From Acidobacteriota bacterium (lineage in GTDB: Bacteria > Acidobacteriota > CAIWXX01), in assembly GCA_040755995.1 (NCBI GenBank), contig JBFMAF010000008.1, forward strand, positions 64,001-128,000: 64,000 nt of DNA, read 5' to 3'. The notes under the pieces are model-generated. The model ran no database searches. It was not told the origin of the DNA and saw nothing but the letters and a program-made list of their open reading frames with translations. The translations under genes were made by a program, and so were the position numbers. Below are positions 35,820 through 46,900 of the stretch, piece after piece; the stretch's first letter is position 1, and the number at the start of each line of letters is the position of its first letter.

Positions 35820-37303
35820 AGCGGATTACCATCGATCCGCTGACGCGGCTGGAAGGGCACGGGCGAGTCGAGATCTTCCTGAACGAAGACGGCGAGGTCG
35901 AGAACGCGTACTTCATCGTGCCGGAGCTGCGTGGGTTCGAGCAGTTCTGTGTAGGGCGGCCGGCGGAGGAGATGCCGAGGATCACCAACTGCATCTGCGG
36001 CCTCTGCCCCGAGGCACATCACATAGCCTCGGCCAAGGCGCTGGATTCCTTGTACCAGGTCGACCCACCGCCGGCGGTGAAGAAGATCCGCGAGCTGTTC
36101 TACTCCGCATTCTTCGTCCTCGACCACGCCACCCACTTCTTTGCGCTGGCCGGGCCGGATCTATTTCTGGGACCGGACGCCCCGGTGGCCGAGCGGACTC
36201 TGCTCGGAGTCGTCCGCAAGCTCGGTGCCGAAACCGGCAAGCAGATCATTGATGCGCGGATGCGCAACGGTCATGCCATCCAGCTGCTCGGCGGCCGCAC
36301 GGTTCACCCGGTCGCGGCGCTGCCGGGCGGGTGGAGCAAGCCGGTGACCGAAGAGGTGAGGAAGGAGATCGAGACCATCGCCCGGGCCAACGTCGAGTTC
36401 GCGCTGTCGGCCCTGGAGCTCTACGAGCAGATCGTGTTGAGCAGCGGAGCCAACGTAGCTCTGATCGTCTCGGATGACTACACCGACCGCACCTACTCGA
36501 TGGGCATGGTAGACTCCCGGAACCGCCCGAACTTCTATGACGGCCTCATCCGGGTGGTCGATCCCGACGGTGGCGAGTACGCCAAGTACTCGCCTCGCGA
36601 CTACAGGGACTATGTTGAAGAACGGGTGGAACCCTGGACCTACCTGAAATTCCCATACCTCCGAAGGGTGGGATGGGACGGATTCAGAGACGGCCCGGCG
36701 AGCGGTGTGTACATGGCAACGCCGCTCTCAAGATTGAACGTCGCCGACAGCATGGCCACGCCACGCGCGCAGGCATGCTTCGAGAAGATGTACGAGACGC
36801 TCGGGAGCAAGAAGCAGAACGGCCGTTATCAACCGATTCACCACCGCCTCGCCACTCACTGGGCGCGGCTGATCGAGCTGCTGTATGCGGCTGAGCGGAT
36901 GGTGGAGCTCGCCACGGATCCGGAAGTCACGGATCCCAACGTGCGCGCACGCCTGACCGCGATTCCATGCGAGGGCATTGGGTGCGTCGAGGCCCCTCGC
37001 GGCACCCTCACGCACCACTACTGGACCGATGAGAACGGCGTTCTCACCAAGGTCAACCTGATCGTCGGCACCACCAACAACCACGCCCCTATCGCGATGT
37101 CAATCAAGAAGGCCGCCCGGAGCCTGATCAAGAAAGGCGTCGTGCCGAGCCAGGGGCTGTTGAACCGGATCGAGATGGCCATACGCTGTTACGATCCGTG
37201 TCTGTCGTGCGCCACTCATACGCTGCCCGGATCGATGCCGCTGGAGGTCGCGATTCGCGATTCGAGAGGGATCGTTATCGGGCGGGTTGCGCGAGAGCCG
37301 TAG
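35816..37303 (+). CDS. mvhA: [NiFe]-hydrogenase group 3c large subunit
   Basis: TRLEGHG, ELRGFE, L1 ICGLCPEAH, EAPRGTL, L2 DPCLSCATH plus a cleavable C-terminal tail; start ATG 35816. Confidence 0.92.
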   Translation: MKRITIDPLTRLEGHGRVEIFLNEDGEVENAYFIVPELRGFEQFCVGRPAEEMPRITNCICGLCPEAHHIASAKALDSLYQVDPPPAVKKIRELFYSAFFVLDHATHFFALAGPDLFLGPDAPVAERTLLGVVRKLGAETGKQIIDARMRNGHAIQLLGGRTVHPVAALPGGWSKPVTEEVRKEIETIARANVEFALSALELYEQIVLSSGANVALIVSDDYTDRTYSMGMVDSRNRPNFYDGLIRVVDPDGGEYAKYSPRDYRDYVEERVEPWTYLKFPYLRRVGWDGFRDGPASGVYMATPLSRLNVADSMATPRAQACFEKMYETLGSKKQNGRYQPIHHRLATHWARLIELLYAAERMVELATDPEVTDPNVRARLTAIPCEGIGCVEAPRGTLTHHYWTDENGVLTKVNLIVGTTNNHAPIAMSIKKAARSLIKKGVVPSQGLLNRIEMAIRCYDPCLSCATHTLPGSMPLEVAIRDSRGIVIGRVAREP

Positions 37304-37369
37304 TCGCACAGGGCTCGTGCACCAACAGTCGGATCCCGGCCGGAAGAAGAGGAAGCAGGAGAGGCATCT

Positions 37370-38497
37370 GTGGCCAAACCGTGGATGATAATCACGGGGG
37401 CCACGGGTTTCCTGGGCGGAGCCCTCGTCCGACAGCTGCGCAAGGAGTACCGCATCTTCGCCATGGGCCGCAGGACGCCGGCCGAAGCGGGGATTCCGGA
37501 CTGGCCGGGAATCGTATGGTTCCAGGTCGACATCGCCAACTTCGATCGGCTTCAGGAGGTTTTCCGGCGAATCAGGGAGATGGGTGGAGCCGACTTGCTG
37601 TTGCACATGGCGAGCTTCTACGATTTCACCGGGGATGACAACGTCGAGTACATGCGAACGAACGTTCAAGGCACGAGGAACATCCTCACGCTCTCGGCTC
37701 CTCTCAAGCTGAGACGGTTCATCTTCGCCAGCTCGGTCGCCGCCTGCGAGTTCCCCCGTCCGGGCGATGCCATCCGGGAGGACACGTATCCGAACGCCGA
37801 CGTCCCCTACGCAATCTCGAAGCGCATGGGAGAGGAGATGATGCGCGAGTTCTCGGACCGCATTCCGACGTGCATCATCCGGCCTGCGGCGATCTTCAGC
37901 GACTGGTGTGAGTACCAGCCGCTCGACGAGTTCCTGAAAACCTGGTGCTCCCACCGATGGAACGCGCGCATCCTGGGCGGCAAGGGGCAGTCGGCGATTC
38001 CATACATGCACGTCGAGGACCTCATGCTGTTTTTCATCCGAGTCGTGGAGAGATGTGACGAGCTGCGTCCGGCGGAAATCCTGATCGCATCGCCGGACGG
38101 CTCCACGACACACCGGGAGCTCTACCGCGAGGCCACGCGGTGCTACTTCGGAGCGCCGCGTCGTGCGATCTCTGTCCCCCCGTCGCTGGCCCGCGTCGGG
38201 ATTCGGATGCGTGAGCGGCTGGGGCGGATGACCGGCCGAATGCCCTTCGAGCGCTCCTGGATGGTCGACCTGATCGACCTGCGCCTGAACATAGACGCCT
38301 CACGGACGCGCCGCCGCATCGACTGGGCCCCCAACAGCGACCTCACGGTTCTGAAGTGCATGTGCCGCATGCTCGAGAACATGCGGAGAGATCCGGCGGA
38401 GTGGAAGCTGCGGAGCCAGCGGCGCAAAGTCAAGGCACCCCCCCGCGATCTGGATGAGCGCATGCTGATGCTGCAAAGCCCAGCCCTTGACGATTGA
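37370..38497 (+). CDS. NAD-dependent epimerase/dehydratase (extended SDR)
   Basis: ITGATGFLG, NVQGT and YAISK motifs. Confidence 0.88.
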   Translation: MAKPWMIITGATGFLGGALVRQLRKEYRIFAMGRRTPAEAGIPDWPGIVWFQVDIANFDRLQEVFRRIREMGGADLLLHMASFYDFTGDDNVEYMRTNVQGTRNILTLSAPLKLRRFIFASSVAACEFPRPGDAIREDTYPNADVPYAISKRMGEEMMREFSDRIPTCIIRPAAIFSDWCEYQPLDEFLKTWCSHRWNARILGGKGQSAIPYMHVEDLMLFFIRVVERCDELRPAEILIASPDGSTTHRELYREATRCYFGAPRRAISVPPSLARVGIRMRERLGRMTGRMPFERSWMVDLIDLRLNIDASRTRRRIDWAPNSDLTVLKCMCRMLENMRRDPAEWKLRSQRRKVKAPPRDLDERMLMLQSPALDD

Positions 38498-38499
38498 CT

Positions 38500-38542
38500 G
38501 TAGGGGCGGTTCGTGAACCGCCCTGGGTTCGTGAACCGCCCT
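38500..38542. repeat. REP-like palindrome with partial tandem duplication
   Basis: GTAG-GGGCGGTTC-GT-GAACCGCCC followed by a second GGTTCGTGAACCGCCCT, between convergent genes. Confidence 0.7.
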
Positions 38543-38556
38543 CGCCAACACCAGGG

Positions 38557-39018
38557 TCAAGGTCGCAGCGATCGAGGCGATCTGATATCCACGACCTTGA
38601 GTCCTGCCACACAGGCCGCCTTCACCTGCCGGTCGTCGGCGGTCACGAACGCGTCGCTGCCCCACTGGATCGCTGCCGCAACGTGAATCAGGTCCAACGT
38701 GCGGCAGCCGAACCGCGCCGAACACATCTTCCCGACGCCGCGCGCCCCCTCGATCGCCTGGACCCAGTCAACCGGGCACAAACGCATCCGCCGGCCTGCA
38801 AGGTCCAAGGCGATTCTCTCCATCACGGCCTGCAGCCTGGTCTCGTTTATCTCGCCCCGAAACACCTTCTGAGCAACGGCCGTCTCGAGCTCCAGCAGGT
38901 GAAAGACATTTACCGGGATCGCATCGCCGCGCTTCTGTACGTAGGCCGTGACCGTACGGCTGAATGCCTCCGGCACGTAGAGCGGGACCAGGGCCCCCGT
39001 GTCGAAATACGCGGCCAC
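38557..39018 (-). CDS. vapC: PIN-domain toxin (VapC family)
   Basis: YFDTGALV, E, RTLDLIHVAAA and FVTADDRQ motifs. Confidence 0.88.
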   Translation of the reverse strand: MAAYFDTGALVPLYVPEAFSRTVTAYVQKRGDAIPVNVFHLLELETAVAQKVFRGEINETRLQAVMERIALDLAGRRMRLCPVDWVQAIEGARGVGKMCSARFGCRTLDLIHVAAAIQWGSDAFVTADDRQVKAACVAGLKVVDIRSPRSLRP

Positions 39019-39266
39019 TACCGGTCCCTGGACTCGTAGACGATTTGCGATGCGGGTCTGCCTGGAGCGGCGCGGCGTCCCCAGATTCTATCGCGCCAAA
39101 GCCCGATGTCCGACCAGTCCGCCCTCTGGTTCACTACCCCGCTCACAGGCACCAGCCGGGCGACCGGCGCGTCCCTTCGCCGTATCTCGAACTCCTGGCC
39201 CTGTTCGACCTGTCTGAGGAATCCAGCCAGGTTGTGCTGAACGTCCCTTACGCTGGCAGTTCGCAT
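39018..39266 (-). CDS. Phd/YefM-family antitoxin
   Basis: MRTASVRDVQHNLAGFLRQVEQGQEFEIRRRDAPVARLVP; GGAGG SD. Confidence 0.85.
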   Translation of the reverse strand: MRTASVRDVQHNLAGFLRQVEQGQEFEIRRRDAPVARLVPVSGVVNQRADWSDIGLWRDRIWGRRAAPGRPASQIVYESRDR

Positions 39267-39391
39267 GCAGCACCTCCGTCCTACTTGACGCACATAGCGT
39301 AGCACATGTCCAGCCGTCCTGCAATCTGATACGACGTGGCGGATGAGTTGGCAGAGGCGCTGCAGCGGTCTGGCGCCCTGCCCCCGTTCGC

Positions 39392-41356
39392 TCAGCAGCG
39401 TTCCGAAAGGGCCCCTTCGATCTCCGCGAAGAGCTGCGCGTTGGTGAATCCCAGCTGTGTGATGGCTCCGGACGGGCACGTCGCCGCGCAGCTCCCGCAG
39501 CTCTTGCACAGCACCTCGTTGACCTCGGCCACCATTCGCTCGCCATGCTGCACCCGGCCGATCGCCTGGTACGGGCAATCGGTCAGGCACAACCGGCAGC
39601 CGCTGCACCGGTCGGGATCGACCACCGCCACCGTCGGCACGATGTCCACGACGCCGCGGTCCAGCAGATCGATCGCAACGGCCGCGGCGGCTCCGCCCTG
39701 CGCCACGCTGTCGGGGATGTCCTTCGGGCCCACGCACGTGCCGGCGACGTAGACGCCATCAGTGGCCGTCTCGACGGGCGCGAACTTGATGTGCTTCTCC
39801 ATGAAGAAGCCCTCTTGCGTGCCGCTTATCCCGAACAGGTTTGCCATCCGCGTCGCATCCGGTCGCGGCTCGAGCCCCACCATGAGCACGACCATGTCCA
39901 CCGGCACCATGATGCGCCGTCCCAGCCCGATGTCCTCGGATTTCACCAGCAGGTTGCCGCCCCGATAGATGACCTCCGTCCCCTTGCCGTGCACGAAGAT
40001 CACCCCCGATCGCTGCGTCTGCTCGTAGAACTCCTCGCAATTCTTCCCCTGCGCCCTGAGGTCGATGTAGAAGCTGAAGACCCGCGCCCCCGTTTTCTTC
40101 CGGGCCTGCAGCGCGATCTTCAGAGCCGTGGTGCAGCAGACTCGCGAGCAGTGCCTGTTGAATCTCACGTCCCGGCTGCCGACGCAATGGAGGATCGCGA
40201 TGCTGGCCGGCTCGCGCCCGTCCTTCATGAGCACCCGTCCGCCGGTCGGCCCGGCCGGGTGGCACAGCCTCTCGAACTGCATGCTCGTCAGGATGTTGTC
40301 CCAGCGCCCGAACCCGTACTGGGTCGCCCGCCCAGGGTCGAAGAGCTGATATCCCGTCGCCAGGATCACGGCACCGGCGTCGATCTCGCGTATCTCGTCC
40401 TGTTGGGTGTAGTTGATCGCGCCTGTGGGACACACCTTCTCGCAGATGCTGCAGGTGTTCGATTGGTAGTGGGCGCAGTGAGACGAATCGATCACCGGCA
40501 CATGCGGCACGGCCTGCGGGAATGGGAAGTAGACGGCTGGCCGCGTGCCCATGCCGTGGTCGAATTCCGAAAGAATGTCGCTCCACGGGCACTTCTCCAC
40601 GCACAACCCGCAGCCGTTGCACAACGCCTCGTCCACGTAGCGCGCGCGCTGGCGGACGCGTACGCGGAAGTTGCCCACGAATCCGGAGACCTCCTCGATC
40701 TCGCTATTGGTCAGAAGCGTGATGTTCGGGTGTTCGGCGGCGCTTGCCATCTTGGGGACGAGGATGCAAGCCGAGCAGTCGAGGGTGGGGAAGGTGCGGT
40801 CGAGCTTGGCCATGTTTCCACCGATCGACGGTTCGCGCTCCACCAGAAACACCTTCCTCCCGGCCTCGGCCAGGCGCAGCGCCGCCTCGATGCCGGCGAT
40901 ACCGGCTCCCACTACCAGCACCGCTTGCGAGACTGGCACCTGCTTCACCTGCAGATCCTGATGATGCGCGATGCGGCGCACGGCCGCGGCGACAATCGCC
41001 TTGCTCTTCTGTGTGGCTTGCGCGCCGTCCGGCGTCACCCACGACACCTGCTCGCGGATGTTTGCGACCTGCACGTTGAAGGGGTTGACCCCGGCGGCCT
41101 GGCACGCGCGCCGGAAGGTGGTTTCGTGCATGAACGGCGAGCAGGCGCCGACGACGACGCGCGTCAGGCCGAGGGCGGCGATGTCCTCCTGGATGAGCTT
41201 CTGGCCGGAATCGGCGCACAAAAACTTGCATTCGCGCACGACACTCACGCCATCGAGGCCGCGGGCGAACGCCGAGAGCTCGCGGATGTCGACTGTGTCC
41301 GAGATGTTGGTGCCGCAGTGGCAGATGTAGACGCCGATCCTGTCGGTGGGCATCAT
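39392..41356 (-). CDS. hdrA: Heterodisulfide reductase subunit A
   Basis: GVYICHCGTNI, ANIREQ, GAGIAG, TFPTLDCSAC, HCVGSRD..CSRVCC, GPKDIPDSV and ferredoxin motifs. Confidence 0.95.
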   Translation of the reverse strand: MMPTDRIGVYICHCGTNISDTVDIRELSAFARGLDGVSVVRECKFLCADSGQKLIQEDIAALGLTRVVVGACSPFMHETTFRRACQAAGVNPFNVQVANIREQVSWVTPDGAQATQKSKAIVAAAVRRIAHHQDLQVKQVPVSQAVLVVGAGIAGIEAALRLAEAGRKVFLVEREPSIGGNMAKLDRTFPTLDCSACILVPKMASAAEHPNITLLTNSEIEEVSGFVGNFRVRVRQRARYVDEALCNGCGLCVEKCPWSDILSEFDHGMGTRPAVYFPFPQAVPHVPVIDSSHCAHYQSNTCSICEKVCPTGAINYTQQDEIREIDAGAVILATGYQLFDPGRATQYGFGRWDNILTSMQFERLCHPAGPTGGRVLMKDGREPASIAILHCVGSRDVRFNRHCSRVCCTTALKIALQARKKTGARVFSFYIDLRAQGKNCEEFYEQTQRSGVIFVHGKGTEVIYRGGNLLVKSEDIGLGRRIMVPVDMVVLMVGLEPRPDATRMANLFGISGTQEGFFMEKHIKFAPVETATDGVYVAGTCVGPKDIPDSVAQGGAAAAVAIDLLDRGVVDIVPTVAVVDPDRCSGCRLCLTDCPYQAIGRVQHGERMVAEVNEVLCKSCGSCAATCPSGAITQLGFTNAQLFAEIEGALSERC

Positions 41357-41366
41357 AGCCTTGTCG

Positions 41367-42569
41367 CTACCATTCCACTCTGTTCAGCAGCGATTCCCAG
41401 ATCAGCTCTGCCACGTCGATGACCTTCACGGGTTGCCGGATAGTTTGCACCGCGCTGACCAGCGCTCGCTTGCACTGCTGGCATGCGGAGACGATGGTGT
41501 CGGCGCCCACGTCAAGGGCCTGTTCGGCACGGCGCCGGGCCACCTCCATGGTCGTGTCGTGGCTGAAGATCTTCACGTCGCCTCCGCCGCCGCAGCAGAG
41601 TGCCGCGTCGCGGATGTTGGGCATCTCCCGGAACTCGACCCCCGGAAGGCTCCTCAGGATATGCCGCGGCGCATCGTACTCGCCGCTCTTGCGGCCGAGG
41701 TCGCAGGGATCGTGGTAGGTCACTATGCGGGACAGGATGCCGGGTCGTATACGCTGCCCGTCGAGCAGCTCGCCGAGAAGCTGTGTGGCATGCATGATGG
41801 TGATGTCGGCGGGGAAGCTGGCGAAGGTCGGGTAGATGATCTTCCAGGTGTAGTAGCAGGACGGGCAGGTCATCACCATCGTCTTGATGCCAAGCTCTCT
41901 GAGCACTGCCACGTTGTGCTCGACAAGCTCGCCCATCTCGTTCTTCAGGCCCGCGTTGTAGAGCGGATATCCGCAGCACCATTCGCCGCCCCCGGCCGTG
42001 GTGAACCGGATTCCGGCGTGCTGGAGGATGCGTCCGAACGCCTGGGGGATGCTGAAGGCGCGCGGGTAGAAGGACGCGACGCACCCGACGAAGTACAGCA
42101 GATCCGCGCCGTTCTTCCCCTGAATATCCGTAAGCGGCTGCGGCAGGTTGGTGCTCCACATGAGCCGCTCTTCGTTTGATTCGCCTGAGACGTTGTGCAG
42201 CGTCTTGATTGTGCGGCGCAGCAGCTCGACGTCTTCCGGCACCTGCAGGCCGTGCTGAATCGAGTATGTCTTGCAGCCTATGTTGGTCTCCAGTATGCGG
42301 ATGCCTCGCGGGCAGTGCGTGGAGCAGGCTCTACAGGATGTGCACCGCCAGAACGCCTGGCTGTCGAGCACGTCTTCCTTCATGCCGAGGCGGATGAGCC
42401 GTATGAGCTGCTGTGGCGTGACGATCATGCGATTCGCGGTCGGGCACGAAGCCGTGCAGCTCCCGCACTGGATGCACGAATAGAGCTTCTCCGGGTCCGG
42501 CGTCACCTCCTTGGCGAACGATAGGTCCAGCTTGTCCGGGGTCCAGTATTCGAGAGGTGCTGTCGACAT
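41367..42569 (-). CDS. Fe-S/CCG-domain oxidoreductase (HdrD-like; HdrC+HdrB-type fusion)
   Basis: CIQCGSCTASCP, CTSCRACSTHCP, WCCG, CPSC, YHDPCDLGR, LCCGGG and ACQQC motifs. Confidence 0.88.
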   Translation of the reverse strand: MSTAPLEYWTPDKLDLSFAKEVTPDPEKLYSCIQCGSCTASCPTANRMIVTPQQLIRLIRLGMKEDVLDSQAFWRCTSCRACSTHCPRGIRILETNIGCKTYSIQHGLQVPEDVELLRRTIKTLHNVSGESNEERLMWSTNLPQPLTDIQGKNGADLLYFVGCVASFYPRAFSIPQAFGRILQHAGIRFTTAGGGEWCCGYPLYNAGLKNEMGELVEHNVAVLRELGIKTMVMTCPSCYYTWKIIYPTFASFPADITIMHATQLLGELLDGQRIRPGILSRIVTYHDPCDLGRKSGEYDAPRHILRSLPGVEFREMPNIRDAALCCGGGGDVKIFSHDTTMEVARRRAEQALDVGADTIVSACQQCKRALVSAVQTIRQPVKVIDVAELIWESLLNRVEW

Positions 42570-42702
42570 GGGGAAGAAGCGCTAGACCTCCGTGCGCCGG
42601 CTGCGGCCCGAGCTGCCCATACGAAAGGGTAGCATTTTCGGCCCGTGCATTCAACGCAGGGTTGACACACGTGTGTCGTCACGATATCCCTGTGAGGTGA
42701 AG

Positions 42703-43935
42703 ATGATGAGCACCGGAGCCTTCGATCGCGTCCTGTGGATCGTTCTGGACAGCGTCGGGGTAGGCGAGCTGCCCGATGCAGATCAGTACGGCGATCGCGG
42801 TGCCAACACGCTCGCTAGCCTTGCCCGCGCATTCCGCGAGCGGACCGGTCGGAGCCTTCGGGTTCCGGGCCTGGAGCGGCTTGGGATCGGGAATGTAACG
42901 CACGTCGAAGGAGTCCCACCGCGGGCACCTGGAGACGGTGAAGGCGCCTGCGGTCGCGCGATCGAGCAGTCGGCGGGCAAGGACACCACTACGGGGCACT
43001 GGGAGCTGGCTGGGCTGATCCTGCGCGATCCGTTTCCGGTGTTTCCCCGCGGGTTCCCGCAGGAAGTCGTCGATCGCTGGGCGCGCGAGAATGGGCTGCC
43101 CGGCGTTCTGGGGAACAAGCCCGCCAGCGGCACGGAGATCATCGTAGAGCTCGGAGAAGAGCATCTTCGCACTGGCAAGCCGATCTTGTACACGAGTGCC
43201 GACAGCGTCTGGCAGGTTGCCGCGCATGAAGAGGCTTTCGGCCTCGAACGTCTCTACGCCGTCTGCCGGTCCGCGCGGAGGATCTGCGACGAGCTCGGGG
43301 TCGGCCGCGTTATCGCCAGGCCGTTCGTCGGGAATCCTGCGACGGGACGACCGTTCACGAGGACTCACCATCGCCATGACTTCTCTCTCAAACCACCCGG
43401 GCCTACCTATCTGGATGCATTGCAGGCCGCGGGTATCGACGTGCTGGCAATCGGCAAGATTTCGAGCATCTTTGCGGGGCAGGGGGTAACCGGGAGCATC
43501 GAAACAGAAGGTAACACGCATGGTGTCCAGATCATTCTCGATTCGATGCGATCGCGCCGGCCGGGGCTCATCTTCTGCAACCTCCTCGACTTCGACATGC
43601 TGTACGGCCACCGGCGCGACGTCGCCGGCTACGCGCATGCACTCGAGGAATTCGATCTCGCCCTTCCGGGGATCCAGGCTCTGATGGGCCCGCGTGACCT
43701 GCTGGTGCTCACGGCCGACCACGGAAACGATCCGACGCATGGCGGAACGGACCATACGCGCGAGTATGTTCCGGTCCTTGCCTTCACTCCCGCTCAGCAG
43801 CGGCCCGGTCCGATCGATCTGGGCACGCGGTCGAGTTTCGCCGATATCGGGGCGACGGTCACGCAGGCTCTGCTCGGGAGCGAGGGCACACCTCCTGGAG
43901 CGCAGTCGTTCCTCAGCGCGCTGCTCGGGGCGTGA
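42703..43935 (+). CDS. deoB: Phosphopentomutase
   Basis: [54 protein letters not shown] and TDHTREYVP motifs. Confidence 0.95.
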   Translation: MMSTGAFDRVLWIVLDSVGVGELPDADQYGDRGANTLASLARAFRERTGRSLRVPGLERLGIGNVTHVEGVPPRAPGDGEGACGRAIEQSAGKDTTTGHWELAGLILRDPFPVFPRGFPQEVVDRWARENGLPGVLGNKPASGTEIIVELGEEHLRTGKPILYTSADSVWQVAAHEEAFGLERLYAVCRSARRICDELGVGRVIARPFVGNPATGRPFTRTHHRHDFSLKPPGPTYLDALQAAGIDVLAIGKISSIFAGQGVTGSIETEGNTHGVQIILDSMRSRRPGLIFCNLLDFDMLYGHRRDVAGYAHALEEFDLALPGIQALMGPRDLLVLTADHGNDPTHGGTDHTREYVPVLAFTPAQQRPGPIDLGTRSSFADIGATVTQALLGSEGTPPGAQSFLSALLGA

Positions 43936-43947
43936 AAGGGCCTCGGG

Positions 43948-46900
43948 TCACCGGCTGGCGGCATCACCTCGGCCGGCCCGGACGCGTTCCAACTCGCGCA
44001 ACACCTCCTGGGCCGATGGTCTCGACTCAGGGTCGCGGTCGATCATGGCCAGAATCAGGCGTTCGAGATCGACGGGGAGGTTGGGGGCGAGGTCGGTTGG
44101 GCGGAGGGGAGTCGACTCGAGGACCTGCATGATCAACCCCACGGGCGTATCGGCCTCGAATGGGCGTCGCAGCGTCAGCAGCTCGTAGAACAGAACCCCG
44201 AGCATGTAGACGTCGCTTCGGGAATCGGCCGGCTTGCCCCGGACCTGTTCGGGTGACATGTAGTACAGCGTTCCGACCATAGTTCCGGTCTGAGTCAGAC
44301 GAGTCGACGATTGCATCCGCGCAAGGCCGAAGTCGAGGAGTTTGACGAAGTTGGGGTCCTCGCCCGACGTGACCAGCATGATGTTGTCGGGTTTCAGATC
44401 GCGGTGGATGATGTCCTTGGAGTGTATGTTGGCCAGGGCGGATGCAATCTGGATCATGACGTGCAGACTGGCGTCCGTGTCCGAGAAGCCGCCGGCCGCG
44501 ATCTTGGCCGACAGCGTGACCCCCGCCAGGAGTTCCATGGCGACATACGGTCGTTGCTCGTGCTCGCCCCGTTCCACCACCTTCACCACATTGGGGTGAT
44601 CCAGCTGATCGATGATGAAGGCCTCGCGCCTCAACCGTTTTCTCTCCTTCTCATCCGTTGCGAGCTCTTCGTTCATGAGCTTGAGCGCCACTATGCGCGA
44701 GCGTAGCATGAGGTCGACGGCGCGGTAGACCGTGCCCATGCCGCCTGTGGCGATCTTGGTCGTCAGCTGGTAATGCCCTACGCATTTCTGCTTCTTCCAG
44801 AAGGCGATCAGGCTGAGATATCGCCTGAGCGAGTGGATGATGATGTAGGACAGCCCGGAGAAGGCCAGCAGAGCGAACAGAATGAACCACCACGTCCGCC
44901 ATATCGGCGGCAGGACGATGATTCCAATCGAATCCCCGGTGTCGTTCCAGACGCCATCGCTGTTGCACGCAGTGACTTGGAACGTGTAGCGCCCCGGTGG
45001 AATGTTGGTATACACGGCTGAACGGTCCTTCCTCGGTCCCGTCCAGTCCCGGTCGAAGCCGGCCAGCTGGTACTTGAGGCGGACCCGGCCGGGCGAGACG
45101 AAGCTGAGCGCCGTGTACGAGATCTCCACTTTGCCGACGCCGGGTTTGATGTAGACCGGATGCTGCCACCCTTCGTCAAAACCGTCCAGCGCGATCCGCT
45201 CGATGTGCACGGGCGGAGCTACCGGATTGAGATGCAGGCGCTTGGGGTCCACTAGAACGATCCCGATCGTGGTGGCGAACCACAATCGTCCGTCGCGCGT
45301 CCTGCATCCTGTGCTCTGGTAGCCTCCAGTCCCCTCGCGGCTCCTCATCCCGTCGTCGGTTCCGAAGGTCAATGGCACGACGCGTTCCAGTTTGCCTTCG
45401 GCGAACTCGTTGAGCTGTCTCTTGCTGATGCAGGACAGGCCGCGGTTGCTGCTCAACCAGAGATTCTCCGACGCATCTTCGACGACGGCAAAGATCGCTG
45501 AATCGATCAGCCCCGCGGCGGTCGTGTAGTTCACCAACTGCCCGTGCCTTAGGCGCAGGAGGCCGCCGCCCTCCGTGCCGATCCAGACTACTCCCTCCGC
45601 GTCCCGGTGAATGACGAGGACCCGATCGCCGGGCATGCCTTCGCCCTTCGCATATGTGCGGAACCGGCCGCCGGCATAGCTCAGGAGCCTCCCGTCGCCC
45701 AATCCCAACCACAGCGTCCTGTCTGGTGCGACGCACATGCTGAGCACGAGCGTTTCGGAGAGACCCTGATCGTCGCCGACTGTCTCAAACCTCCCGTCTC
45801 GGTATCGATAGAGGCCCCCCTTGGCTGTGCCGATCCAGAGAGATCCATCCGCGCCCTCGGCGAAACACCGCACTTCCTTGTCCGTGAATCCGTTTGCGGT
45901 CGAGAAGACCTCGAAGCGCCCGTCTCGCAGGCGGTTGAGACCGCCGTCGTATGTGCCGACCCAGACATTTCCCTGGCGATCCGAGTGAGCTGTGGTGGTC
46001 AGCGCGCTCGAGAGTCCGTCCCTGGTCCCGAAGTTGCGAAATTCGCCGTTCTGGTATCGGCTGAGGCCACCATTCGTCGAGATCCACAAGGCCCCCTGCT
46101 GATCCTCGCAGATTCCCCATACGAAATTGTCAGGCAGCCCATCGGCGGTGGTGTAAGTGACGATCTTCCCGTCCCTGAGTTGATTCAATCCGAAGTATGT
46201 TCCGATCCACAGAGACCTCTCACGGTCCTCCATTAGTGCCAGCGCCCCGTTGCCTGAAAGCCCCGCCGCACGATCGAATGTGGAGAAACGGCCGTTGGCG
46301 AGACGCGAGACCCCGCCGCTTTCGGTGCTGATCCAGATGTTTCCGTCCCGGTCTTCCAACAGAGCGGTGACCAGATCGGAGCTCAGTCCATCTCGGGTGG
46401 TATAGAAGGCGAATCGTCCATCTCTGTACCGCGCGATTCCCTTGTCCGTGCCTATCCACAGGTTGCCATTCCTGTCGGGCGCGATCGCTCGCACCGGCAC
46501 CCTCGTGAACCCGTCTGCGATTCCGTACTCGCGCACGACGCCGGCGTGCATTCGGAAGAGGCCGGAGCTCGACCCGAGCCACAGATCACCATCCGGACCT
46601 TCGCAGATCGCCGAGACGTCCCTGGGGAACGGTACCCTGAGCTCGCGCGGTCGATCGGCAGATCCTTCTTCGATTCCGATCAGGCCTCGTCCCACTGTTC
46701 CGATCCAGATCCTGCCTTCGCTATCCTCGATCACCTCCTCCACCGATTCCGCCGGAACATCGGCCCCGAGAGTGAATCGATTGAATCTGCCGTTCGCAAA
46801 CGTGGTCAGTCCGCTCCTGGTGCCTATCCAGAGCGTTCGCCGGCGGTCCTCATACAACGCCGTCACGTGGTTGCCGGCCATTCCGTTCGTATTCGACCTG

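Noticed and set aside
34339..41356. Selenocysteine recoding in mvhD, mvhA or hdrA
   Set aside because: The relevant positions are Cys codons and the frames have no internal TGA.
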